Below, piece after piece: positions 25,123 to 37,310 of a stretch of 64,000 nucleotides of DNA. Within the stretch, counting starts at the first letter, position 1; every line of letters begins with the position of its first letter. The notes beneath the pieces are model-generated. The model worked only from the letters and a program-made list of their open reading frames with translations. It did not search any database and was not told the origin of the DNA. Made by a program: the position numbers and the translations under genes. Source of the DNA: Lama glama (taxonomy: Eukaryota). The stretch lies in NCBI GenBank assembly GCA_028534125.1, contig CM052832.1, positions 10,294,001-10,358,000 of the forward strand. The letters run 5' to 3'.

Positions 25123-25293
25123 CCAATGACAGGGTAGATGGTTGTCCACACAAGCAACAGAACCTTGGGATGGGCACCGGGGCAGCTACTTCAGGCTGTC
25201 ACACCAACCAGACATCCAATGATGGGTGAACAGCCTGACCAGGGTGGGCCCTAGGAGTGCCAGGGCCACGAAGATGACCCCTTGAGGCCACAT
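25123..25293 (-). pseudogene. TSPO2: TSPO2 pseudogene, first coding exon
   Basis: ATG at 25293 (acceptor ccccag| at 25314). Translates MWPQGVIFVALALLGPTLVRLFTHHWMSGWCDSLK*LPRCP, then a 2-nt deletion (~25167-25170), then KVLLLVWTTIYPVI(G) and a GTGAGG donor. TAG at codon 36 (25188-25186). Confidence 0.92.
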
Positions 25294-28200
25294 TCTCCTC
25301 AAGGAGGCACAATCTGGGGAGGCAGAGAACACACTAATGGTAGCCTTCCCCTGGTCCTTTCCCTGTGTCTGCCCATCTGTCTCCTTCTACCTGAGCCCTC
25401 GTAGGAGGTCTAGTCCTAGAGGCTGCGTTGGGCCAGCTCCCATCCTGCTCCTCTGAGCCCACATCACCTTTTCTGTTTTCCATGCACTTCTTTTCTCCAC
25501 ACCACTCATTTGGCACCGAGTATACTGTCCAGTATTGATACCTGCTTCTTAGTGAAGACTCCTCTTCCCCAGCTTGTGTCTGACTCCTGGATCTCAGGTC
25601 CAGCTACGCCTGTCTTTTCTGCCTCCTACAGCAGGTGGCACTTGGCCAGGTATGTAGCAGGCCCTCGATGGGACAGTGTCTTAGACTGAATTCAACCAAG
25701 TTGCCATAACCAACCTGGAAGAACCACGTTTGGAAGGCAGGAGCCAGAGATCCCTGGGAGTCTTTTTTGGTCCAGAATGGGCCAGCCCATCTGCCCCGGC
25801 TTACGTTGCTGTACCAGACTGGCAGACTACAGGAGCCCACCCCACCTGAGCACCTGCCCAAATTCGAACTCAGCAGAGTGACACTGTAGGTGCCTTTCTC
25901 TGAAGCTCTCATCTACCTCTCTGGGGCTGGGGGAGGTTCCCCTTCCATCTTTCCACTTACAGAGGGTCAGGGCCACCTACATGAGCACCCAGATTTCTTG
26001 TGGCCTGACTTCTCAAGGAAATAACTGCCTGGTCTCTGATGAAAATGCTGCCATGTTCATTTGCATTTTGCTTTGTTAAGTCATTCGCATGTGGGGTGAT
26101 GCACAGACCCTCCTCCAACCAAGGCCCCCACCCAATATCATGCTTCTCCTTTGCCTGTGATATTTCAGCCTCCTGCCCATGATTGATGTGATTGATTATT
26201 CTCAGTGTTCTGGAGTGACTGCCCACTCCATACTTTCTTGTCAAGGATGCAGGAACATGTCCTGGAGGTTCTAGGGACAGGGCTGACCAGCCTGCCGGCC
26301 TGGACACCTTTCTATTTATCTTTCTCTGCTCTTCACCATCCATGTCTTCACTTTCTGCCTTCCTGTCTCTCTATCTGTTTTCTTTTTTTCTATCCAGTGT
26401 CGGAGGGCCCCCCTCCTTGCTCCAATCCTTTCTTCTTGTTCTCCTTCACTTCTGGTGTCCCCTTATTTATTCCCAGGCCTGTGTTCCCCTTACCTCAGGC
26501 AGCACATCTCCCAGACTGAGTGCCTGCTGACATATGATGTGGAAGGCAGAGGGTGGGAGGTGGGGGGTGGGGTGGAGTGGGGCTCCCAGCTGGGCTGCCT
26601 TTCTCCAGTCACAAGGGTGGTGACATTGGCTGGGGAGTTCAGATTGCATGGCCCTGAAGGGTTCATTTCAACAGGGGTCTCCTGATCTGTTGGACCTGGC
26701 CTCTGGAGGGCCCCCCTTAATGGAACAGTTGAGGCTTTGGCACTGCGAGACCCGGACCTCCTGAGACAGTTCAGCCCCAGGCTGCCAGGCTACTGATGTC
26801 TGTGGTCTCTGCATCCCATGAACAGCTTTGTGTCCATGGGGGTGGTGAGGACCCTCAGATTTCCCCAGAATCTTCCTGTAGCTGGGGCTGTCCCCAGGTG
26901 AGGCAAGCACCAGCTTCGGAAATGAGCTCGTGAGACATGGACACAGTCCCTGGTTATAATCTGTAGTTGGCATGGCCCTTCCAGGCTTGGAATCGAGCTT
27001 GACAGATGTTTCACAAACCCCTGGGAGCTCATGACTCAGAGGAGAAGGCAGCCTTCTGTATGACTCAGAAAGAGCTCTGTCCAGCAAAGACTAACACCTC
27101 CCCTCTTCGTCCCTATCAAAGTTCTGAGTGCCTCTTCCTCGCTTGTCCTTTAGACAGGAGGTCCCCTCCCCAGGTTGGTGGCTCTCCACTATTCCTTTGC
27201 CCCATCTCTCCACTTTGGGGACCTGGGCACCCCTAGGAGGCATTTATCCCATCCTCCCAGGAAAGGTAGCAGAGGGGAGGGGGTTTTAGTCTAGGGCAGG
27301 AGGCCAGGGAATCATTAACTAAGATGAAAGCAGCAGCAGTTACTTATTTTCTAGGACAGATGATCACTGCCGGGCTGGGGGAGTTCACCATGGTTCCTCT
27401 GCTGCAGGAGGTCAAAACGTGGTGACAAGTTACCACTTAGCGAGCACCCATTTTGCACACACTTGATATTTATTAGTTTGATAATGACCCATCATTGTCC
27501 CTTGCAAGGTAAATATAATCATGTGCATTTGACAGACAAGGAAAGTGAGCCTCAGAGGGTTGAGCAACTGACACAGCCAGTGGGTGGGTCACTGGGTTCA
27601 GTGCTGGCAGTCTGGATCCAAAATGCCTCCTCTTTTCTCTCACCGATTCATTCATTCATTCAAGTCTTTAGTGAACAGCTACTATGGGCTGTACCAGGAG
27701 CTGAGGATTCAGCAGTAAACAGCTGGAAAAATCATCCCTCTGCACAGGGAGCTTCATTCCAGTGGCATTGTCTTTCCTGGGCAGTTTCTAAGGAAGGACT
27801 TAGACTGGTAAACGGCCACAATTTCAGCTCTCCCCTAAGTGGCAGTGTCCCTGTGGGCAGTGGAAAGTGTGCTGGGAGGGAGCAGATATGGGTACACCCA
27901 ATGCTGTCAGCAACTTGTGGGTTGACAGCCCTCTCAGTGCCTCCACTAGCATATCTGTGTGGGAAGTGGTGGAACTGGGTATGGTCTTTGCTCCCTGGGC
28001 AGGCCGCCATGGTATCCCCTGGGGGCTTCTTAAAGATGCAGAACTTCAGGTCCCACCCCAGATCTATGGGATCAGAACACACATTCTTACAGTGTTTGTG
28101 TGCACATTATAGTTTGAGAAGCTCTGGTTAGGGTTCCTCCTCTGATCTTGTGCCATTTCAACAGCCTCTGGCTGGGGATGGTCACTGACCAGTAGAGGGC

Positions 28201-28313
28201 ACTGTAGAGGGGTTTCACCTGTAACACGTTGTCTCCCTCTGTCCCCTCCCTTCCAGACCTAGACTGGTAAGTCCACCGATTTCTGGGATCCTCGGCTGCT
28301 CCCTCACCTCGGC

Positions 28314-28423
28314 TGGACTTTGCCAAAGGACGGAGACAGACTCCCCCACCCCTCTTCAGGGCGGCTAGGAGGAGGACTCTGCCAGGAAGCGGGAAGCGCC
28401 ACTCCTGCCTGGATTCCCCGCCC
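28314..28423. promoter_or_regulatory. Putative UNC5CL promoter elements (HNF4A motif, GC box)
   Basis: TGGACTTTG (HNF4A CAAAGTCCA) at 28314-28322 and CCCCGCCC at 28416-28423. Lies ~3 kb beyond the TSPO2 start, where the divergent UNC5CL promoter lies in human. Confidence 0.4.
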
Positions 28424-28487
28424 ACCTCCACTTGTCTGCTGGCCTGGTGACGGGGTCTGGCTGACCTTTCTGTTTCTCAGCGACAGA

Positions 28488-28987
28488 NNNNNNNNNNNNN
28501 NNNNNNNNNNNNNNNNNNNNNNNNNNNNNNNNNNNNNNNNNNNNNNNNNNNNNNNNNNNNNNNNNNNNNNNNNNNNNNNNNNNNNNNNNNNNNNNNNNNN
28601 NNNNNNNNNNNNNNNNNNNNNNNNNNNNNNNNNNNNNNNNNNNNNNNNNNNNNNNNNNNNNNNNNNNNNNNNNNNNNNNNNNNNNNNNNNNNNNNNNNNN
28701 NNNNNNNNNNNNNNNNNNNNNNNNNNNNNNNNNNNNNNNNNNNNNNNNNNNNNNNNNNNNNNNNNNNNNNNNNNNNNNNNNNNNNNNNNNNNNNNNNNNN
28801 NNNNNNNNNNNNNNNNNNNNNNNNNNNNNNNNNNNNNNNNNNNNNNNNNNNNNNNNNNNNNNNNNNNNNNNNNNNNNNNNNNNNNNNNNNNNNNNNNNNN
28901 NNNNNNNNNNNNNNNNNNNNNNNNNNNNNNNNNNNNNNNNNNNNNNNNNNNNNNNNNNNNNNNNNNNNNNNNNNNNNNNNNNNNNNN
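28488..28987. other. Assembly gap (exactly 500 N, true size unknown)
   Basis: Run of N. The round number indicates a placeholder. Confidence 0.99.
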
Positions 28988-30141
28988 GCCCACTTTTTGA
29001 CCCTTTATGGTCAGCCTCGGAACTGTCCTGGCGCCTGTGGGAGTGCCTTACCATGCTGATAGGTTGCAGTGGAGCGCACGTGTACTGTTATGATGAAGCG
29101 CAAGGTCCACCGGCAGTGGGCGCTCCTGCCGTGCTGGGCGCAAGGCCTGCTGGGAGTGGAGTCCTCCGCCATCTTGGTGTTAGTTGCTGAGTCATTCTTT
29201 TAGTGGTTGTGCGCGGCCCCCTCCCTCCTGCATCTACTGGACCTGAGCCTGGCGGAATTTCGGGTGCTGAGGTGAGTGGGGGGTGGGGCAGATTATTTTG
29301 AGATTGTATGTGTGTGTCCTGTCCTCTTAAATCACTCGGTGAGCAGCTGCCTCTGTGAGAAGCTTGGCTGAGGGGCTACTGACACGGTCAGGAGTTAGGT
29401 CAGGAAGCCTCTGCCTCTGCGGCAGTGATGGCTGAGAAGAGTTCTCTGGTGCTGGCCCCAGCCCTCCACTCACTGGCCTGAACGCCCACCCGGTAGCAAG
29501 GCTGGTGTCAGGAAGGGCAGAGGAGAAGGACCAGGACAGCTGGTGACGAAGGAGATGGTGATGCTAGGGGCGGCTTTGTCTCTTTATTCTAGTATTCTCC
29601 CTCAACCGGCCCCAATGATAAAAGCTGCGCCTAGTGGTTGAAAACCGTCAGCCTTGGAAATTAACTGGCCACATGACCTCCAGCAGGAGGGTTACTCACT
29701 GTCAGGTGGGGTCAATAGTGCTGTCCTCACAGGAGGAAGGAGGAGGGACTGAGCCGAGCTGAGCTAAGAGGTAATGTCAGCACATGTACCGACCGCGTTT
29801 GGCCCCACGCCTGGCGCAGAACAAGAGCTTAACAAGCGGTTATTGTTGTTGCCGTTATTTCACTCAATGACTTCAATTCTTCCCTCTGCTTTAATCAACT
29901 CCTTTCCCTGCTCCTGAATGTTTATTTCTTCTTTCCTTTCTTTTGGCTAACCAGGGATCCAGGAATGCCTACATGACCTTCCTGTTGTGCGGGGCCGTCA
30001 AAACCTCACGGGGCACCTGCCCTTCCTGAGAAGGAAGGACTCTTGGGAGGATAGCGGGCTCACCAGCCCTAGACCCTCTGGAGCCTGGGCCCCAGAAATA
30101 GGCAAATCCCCAGCCATAAGCAGCAGGACTCCCCCCCCCCC

Positions 30142-31150
30142 ACAGTTTTATTGAGAAAGAATCGACATTGTATACACCATTGTATAAGTTTAAGGGGTAC
30201 AGCATGATGGTTTGATTTACATATACTGTGAAATGATGACCACAGTAGGTTCAGCTAAGGTCCATCACCGCATACAGATACTATAAACAGAAAAAGAAAA
30301 AGGAAAAAAATTTCTCCTTGTGATGTGAGCTTTTAACTCCGTTCCTGTGTATCACACAGCTGTGCTAACTGTAGTCATTATGTTGTGTATTACATCCCTA
30401 GTAGTATTTATCTTCTAACTAAAGGTTTGTACCTTCTGCTTGCCTGTCCCCAGTTCTCCTTGTCCCTATCCTCTGCCTCTGGTAACCACAAGCCTGATCT
30501 CTTTTTCTATAAGTTTGGCTTTTTTGTTTTTTGCTTTTTTAAAGATTTCACGTATAAAGGAGTTGATACAGTATTTATCTTTCTCTGTCCAACTTATTTC
30601 TCTTATGCTAAGGGAAATAAGTCAAGGCCCATCCATATTGCCACACATGGTAGAATTTCCTCATTTTTTATGGCTGAATAATATCCCAGTATATATATAA
30701 TGGAATATACATATGTGTATGTATGTGGGTGTGTGTGTATATATCTCACACAACTTCTTAAGCCATTCATCCCCGACACTTAGGCTCTTCCCATGTCTTG
30801 GCTGTTGTAAATAATGCTGCTATTAGCATAGGGGTGCAGATGTCTTTTTGAGTTAGTGCTTTTGTTTCTTTTAGATATATTCCCAGAAATGGAATTGCTG
30901 GATCACATGTTGGTTCCACTTTTAATTTTTTGAGGATCCTCCATTCCTGTTTTCCATAAAGGCTGTACCAGTTTACAGTCCCACCAACCATGCACAAAGG
31001 TTCCCTTTCACCACATCTTCTTAAGTATTTATATGTCTTCGATAATCACCATGCTAGCAGGTGTGAGGTGATATCTCATTATGGTTTTAATTTGCATTTC
31101 TCTAATGACTAGTGATATCAAGCATCTTTTCATGTACCTGTTGGCTTTTT
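30142..31150 (-). mobile_element. LINE-1 3' fragment (L1MA-like; ORF2 C-terminus and 3'UTR)
   Basis: The minus-strand ORF fragment ...DPAIPFLGIYLKETK...DICTPMLIAALFTTAKTW matches the L1 ORF2 C-terminus. ttttattgag... 3' end. Confidence 0.9.
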
Positions 31151-31544
31151 CTATAACCAGAAGGACATTTTAACTGGTTTCAATTCAGTAGATTTTGATT
31201 AAGAACTGGTTATATGTTGGGGAAACCCAGAGGCAAAAGAAACACAGACAGACCATTTGGGGCATCTCCTTGCAGTTGAGACAGTTTACTGAGGTACACA
31301 AGCCTAGCCCTGGGAGCTGTCTACCCTCGCTTTCTCCAATCTGCTCTTCCCGTTTCCTCTTGGATCTTGTCCAGCCTGGGCGACTAGGACACCCCCTCCC
31401 TGGATCTCCTCCTCACTAGCTGGCAGCCCCTTCTCAGTCCCTTTTGCTGGTTCTTCCTTGTTTCCTCCCTCAGTGATGTCATCCAGTCCCGTGGCTTTAA
31501 AGACCACCTTGACTCTGAGGACTCCCAGGTTCATGTTTCTTGCT

Positions 31545-31720
31545 GTCTCTGGAGGCCCAAGGCAACCATCTGCAAGCTAAAAAGAGTTCTCACCAGAAAC
31601 CGAGTTGGCCAGCATCTTGATCTTGGGCTTCCAATCTAGAAATATGAGAAATGAATCCCTGTTGTTTAAGCCACCCAGTCTATAGTATGTGGTTACTGCA
31701 GCTCAAGCTAGCAAAGACAT
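31545..31720 (+). mobile_element. MaLR (MLT1) LTR 3' fragment
   Basis: ccagcatcttgatcttgggcttcc...tgttgtttaagccacccagtctatagta...gcagctcaagctagcaaagaca is a typical MLT1 3' end. Confidence 0.7.
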
Positions 31721-33324
31721 CAACTAACTTCATTTGCTGAGACTGAGGGTTTCTCGGGATGTGGGACTTTCAGTGGTAAAACTGGGACGAATTGGTCACC
31801 CTAAGTCTGTCGCTTTCCAAAGTGTGCTGAGCTGGGGGAGGTGTCTCAGACTTTTCTGCCTCTCCTTTCTCAGCGCCTTCCCCACACACCTCCTCACCCT
31901 CACACTTTTAATAGCTGAGATCTGTGTAGGAGAGCTCAGGCCTCTGACACCACCCCGAGGGGCGCGCCCAGTTCTCCCTGCACAAGGGGAGGCTCTGATC
32001 CTCGGGAGGCTGAGGGGCAGCAGGGCTTTCCCAGGGAGGCAGTGCTGTGGAAAATGACTCTGGCCCGAGAGTCCCTGGTTTCTAATCCTGGGACCATCAC
32101 GTCCTGGCAGTGTAACCCCAGGCATGTCACTTCGGGTCCTGCATTGCCCTGCTCCAGAGGGTGTCTGGGCCTCAAGGGACTCCGGGTGAGGCCCTCCGGG
32201 TGCCATTCACGCAGAACACAATGCAGATGGTGGTGCTTTTTTAGCCTTGGGCAATAGGACTGAACAGAATCACTTTATCTCAGAGTCCATTTGCTGAGCT
32301 TGTCGAGAGGAGAAGATAAGACCTACTTCATGCAGAGAGAATTCAACAAGATAACGTCTTTGTAGGTGCCTGATAAAATATTAGCTCTTATTCCCTTCTC
32401 TTCAAGCCCCCACGTAGGCAGGAAGATATAGCACCGTAGTTAAGGCTGTGGGCTTTGGTTCCAGACTGCTACACAGAGTTTAAGCTGTGTGATGTTGAAC
32501 AAGTTAATTAATCTTTCTGGGCTCCATATTTCATGGCACAAAATGAGGATGGCTGGCCTTTTCTATTTCATAAGATGCTGTGTGTACAGCACCCCTGCAA
32601 CTCCTGTACTTGGAAAAGGCCCAGTGCGAGTGAGTGGGACTCAGCTCTCTGTAAGAGACCATCTTCCTCCCCCTTTCTCTCTTTTCTTCTTTGATCTTCT
32701 GCCTCTGGGCTTTTCTGGGGAAAGGGAAATCCTTTCTTTAAGATCATGTGCTTTTTCACCTCCTCCACTGAGGGTGACTGTGGGGGATACAGTGTGAGTG
32801 AGCCCCTCAGCGGATGATTACTGAAATTGTAAATAGGAGGCAAAGCCCTGGCTGGAGGCCACGGGAGCCCAGGGCAGGGAAGACACAGCCCCTGGCCTCA
32901 GGGTTCTCAAAGGCAGCGCTGAGGGGCTGCATGAGGGAGCGCCTCATAGGGCAGAGGTGCTGGGAAAGGGGCTCCTTGAAGTGAGAGGCCCTCCTGCTGG
33001 AGGGAGCCAGAGGACCTAGAGGAGTGGTTGGAGTTCTTGTGTTTAGTAGAAACTTCTGCATGGGTTCCTCACTCTCTCCTCCTCCGACTGAGCTTCTGAG
33101 TCAGAGTTGCAGAGGCTGGCTGGAGACTCAGCTGCCCCTTGACCTTTAAGGGGCATATTTCTAGAGTCCTTGGAGGCTGAGGGAAGATGGTGGGGTAAAA
33201 GATGCTGTCATGAATAATGGAGGTCAGCGATTCTCAACTCTGGCTGCACAGTAAACGCTTCTGCAGAACTAGAGATTTTGATTTAAATGGTTTGAGGTGG
33301 AGCTTAGGCATTTCGTACTTCAAC

Positions 33325-35210
33325 TTTCAATTTTGAAAAATTTCAAGTCTGTAGATAAGTTGAAAGAAGAGTAAATGACCATTTAGTACCTTTTGCTTAT
33401 ATGCATATATCTTTTTATATATATAAATGTATACTTTATACATGTGCTGGAAAAAAGTCTGGATCACATGAGCGTAAGTTATAGACATCATTACCACTTC
33501 CCCTTGGATAATTCGGTATGCTTCTCCTAAAGATACTCTGCTACATACCACAGTACTGTGTTGCACCCAAGAAATGTAACGTTGATATAACATTATTTAA
33601 TATACCTTCCATATTCAAGTTTCCCCTGTTGTTCCCAGAATGTCCTCAGTAGCCTTTTCCCCAAAACAAGGATCATGTATTGCATGTCTCCTTACTGTTC
33701 TTGAATAGAGAATAGTTTCCTCCAACTTTTTGTCCTTCTTGACACTGACATTTTTGAAGAATCTATGCTATTTCTATTTTGGAGTCTGGGTCTCTCTGAT
33801 TATTCCCTCTGATTGAATTTAGGTAAAACACTTGGGTAAGAATACTGCATGGGTGCCGGGGGGAGGGTACAGCTCAGTGGTAGAGTGTGTGCCTAGCATG
33901 CATGAGGTCCTGGGTTCAATCCCCTATTAAAAAAATACATAAGTAAACCTAATTACCTCCTTGCTCAGACAAACAAAGGAATACTCCACAGGTGAGGCGT
34001 GCGTCCCACTATAGCACATTGGGGGCCTTTTCAGGTCAGTTGGTCCTGCTCTTAGTCATGCCTAGTTGATCCTTTGGTCAAGTGGTGTCCACCATATTTC
34101 TTCCTTGTACCTTTCTAATTAACAAGTAATCTGAGGGGATTATACTTTGATTGTATGAATATCCTACCAGCCTAGTAAGAGTGAGTACACTGATGACCTG
34201 CAGTGGGGTGGATCAGCACTTTGTAATACGGTAAAGGGTAACTTTCCTAATTCTGTCGTTCCCTCTATTTCACTCACAGACTTTCTTCTGTAGAGTTTCT
34301 CCGCTCTTTTGAATATCACCATGAACTCAAGGAATTAAAAAAAAATTCCATGTATCATAATTCATTACAAATATTAGAGCTCAAATTGTCCCAAATTTGG
34401 CCCGTGGGAGCCTCTTCAGGTTGGTTCCTAGGTTCCTTTGACATGTCTCAAATTAGAATTTAAGCACTTTCTTGATTTTTAGTATAACCTGATACTCTAG
34501 GCTCACCTTGTACTTTCTCTGCTGTAGAACTGAATTAGTCATTTCTCTGTGGAGCCCTGCCTGGTTCCTTTTACTGGAGAATGGGATTGAAAACCAGGAT
34601 CCGGGGGCTTTGTACGCTCATTATTGTTGGAGTATTGTTATTTCTAGGCCTTTTCTGTAGGCAGAATTAGGAAATGCTCTTTTTTCTTTTTAAATACGTC
34701 TCGAATTCACTTTGATATTTCCAGTCAAATCCAGCACCACAGGCTCTTCCTTCCCTTCCCACCGTCCATATTGATGTTTCCTTTCTCTCACAGCGAGAAC
34801 TTGCTTCTCAGCAGTGTCAATCTATTTACTAATTTTCTCCATCCTAAAATACACACACAGTCATTTTAGAATTATTACAGCAGAAATACTACTAACAGCA
34901 AACCTGGCAAATCGGGTTTACGGCTTCTGTGTAGTTCTTTTTCTCTTTAGAATACATCCCACTAAGGATGTATAGTCAGGGTACTGTGTCCAAAATTACT
35001 TGAATTAAGTCTCCCCCACCCAGTATGACTTAACATAGTTAGTTGTTGTTTGAATTTTATTTTTGAAACCTGCGAAACGTTTAAATGACTGAAAAATCAA
35101 AAATGCATAAAAAGGACTAAATGCAGGAGAAGTCCCATCCTTACCACTTCCACCACACTTCTGCCTGCTTCCCGCAGGTAACTGTTCTCATTCGATTCTC
35201 TTTTACTCTG
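33325..35210 (-). mobile_element. Old LINE-1 (L1MC-like) 3'UTR fragments interrupted by a SINE
   Basis: ttttgaaaaatttcaag...; gctcaaattgtcccaaatttggcc...gggagcctcttcagg and ccaggctcaccttgtacttt-like motifs typical of L1MC4/5. Confidence 0.65.
33858..33978 (+). mobile_element. tRNA-Ala-derived camelid SINE (Vic-1 type)
   Basis: GGGGGAGGGTACAGCTCAGTGGTAGAG...GGTTCAATCCCC with an aaacctaattacctcc tail. Degenerate TSD gaatactgcatgggtg / gaatactccacaggtg. Confidence 0.85.
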
Positions 35211-37310
35211 CCTGCCATTGTTGTTGTTTTAAAATAGCATTGATCCAGCTGAAGAGGGAAAGGGGACTTGGGCTAAGGAAAGCAGGCGAATCTCTTACAG
35301 TCTAGATTAAAAAAGAATGGTACAAAAATGCAAGGAAAAATAGCAGTAGGAAATGGCGGGGTGGGGCACGTAAAGTAGAAGCTGGGAACCAGAGTCACTT
35401 GAGCTAGAGCGTCTCAAGCATTCAGAGGACCCTAAAGACAATTGCCTGGGAGCCAAGCTTGCAGGAACCTTGTAATGCTTCCTGAGGACAGGACGAGTCA
35501 CATGGGCCTCCTCTCCAAGTGATGGAAGGGGGCGATTTTATGAGCTCTGCCCTCAGGAATAAAAGCAAAGAAGATTGGAAGTATAGGACAAGGATTATGA
35601 CTAAGAACTTTTTAGTCAGGCTCTTGAGGGAAATGACAAAGAATAAAGAAGGAGGAACAGCTGTCAGCAAAAGCAGCAGCAGGCTGGACCCCAGAACAGT
35701 TGGCCTGGGATTCATAAGTCGCCACAGAGATTAGGTTTGTGTAAAAAGGCCCTCAGGTCTCCCGAATGACACAGGGTAAGGGCTGAAACCAGCAGTGTGT
35801 CCCCATCTGTAAGAACCAAGGCGGGAAGTCTGTTGCCTTGAATGAGCTGAGAGTTATGAACTCTATGAAGAATCCCATTTGAGCATGCAAAGATTAAGGG
35901 CAGGTGTTGCTTGGAGAAAATGATTTAATGTTCGGGTCTGAAGACAGAGTGTAGGCAGTGCTGCTTAATTACTATTTTACCTCCTTCTTCTCCAGTGAGG
36001 GAAGTGGTCTTCCAATTGGAAAAGATAGGAAAAGCATTGCAAAGAGGGGATTGAAGTCAAGGACAGGTGAGAAGGCAGGAAATCCTGGCACAGCAGCAGT
36101 AATGAACTCGGGGGTCTGAGCCTGATGAATTATGTCCTGCGGCCCTGGAGGGACTTGACAAGCGATTTCAGAGCTGCTTCCATTAATCTTTGATAAATTA
36201 TAGAGGAGGGGATTTGTGCTCAAAGACAAGAGATGGGCGTATGTGCTCTTGACATTCAAAAAGTGGAAAAGAATAGATTCTGGAAGTTACAGTGCGTGAA
36301 CTGAGATGTTCTCGCTGGCAGGATTATGAGAAAGTGTCTGTGCCTTCAGGACAGTTGGTTTTGAGTCCCAGCTCTGGTCCTGGTCTGGGGCAGGGGCAGG
36401 GGCAGGGCCAGGGCAGAGATTTGGGGGCTATGTCCCCATTTTCAGGACCAGGGCAGTCTGGAAAGGGTCAAGGCATGGGGAAGGCAGACACTTTGGGGCT
36501 TCCTCTTTGCTCCTCCTTCTTTATCTGACTTACTCCTGTGGACCTCCAGCAGCCATGTTTGTCTGTCTCAGTTTGGGTTTCCCAAAAGCAGACCCTGAGA
36601 TGAGAGTGTGTAAATGCATTAGGAAGTGTCCCCAGGAAAGGTCAGTAGGGGTGTGGGAAAGTGGGTGGGGCAGAGAAGGCACTATAAAGCAAAGTCCCAA
36701 GGGGAGCTTTGGATGGTGTAGCTCTCACTTTGGAGTTGTCTTTATTGGGTCTGGGGGGCTGCAGTAGGTCTACTCCTCATATTGGCACTCAGAGATGAAG
36801 GGATGCCCCTTCATCAGGGGGGTGTGACTTCCCAAAGGCGAGCAGCCTGAGATCAGTCCTCTGACACGGAGACTCTGGTGCTGGCTGACTCAGGGCACTG
36901 CACCCTAGGACCTGGTCAAGGGCTCTGAGGGGACACAGTGGGGCATGGCTTCACACGCCACCTGACCCCACAGCCCTGGCCAAACTAGCTGAGCCTGGGG
37001 AGAGCACCCAATCCAAGGTCGGCTGTGGTGGGCCAGTCGAGTCCCTCTCTTGGGAGCGATCAGAGCCTGAGCTCTGCAGGGTGGAGCTGGGGTCCGTGCA
37101 GCAGCCCTGCTCCACTATGTGGCTCCAGGGACAGGGGTCATGTCTGAGCGCTCAGCACCCGTAGAATGCTGTTCTGTGCTTGTTGGAGTTCCCAAGGCAG
37201 AACCCAGAGAACTGGGATGTTAGCATCCTTTGCAGCTAGAGCCAGTCATGTGACTCAGGCTGCACTAATGTGGAGAACCCACTGAAGACTTCTATTCAGA
37301 AGCAAATACA

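Noticed and set aside
27463..28131. 222-aa plus-strand ORF near the expected UNC5CL position
   Set aside because: It runs through MIR, L2 and MER5-like repeats and has no UNC5CL/ZU5 similarity.
28304..29054. Long ORFs of 226-229 aa
   Set aside because: They are artefacts of the N gap.
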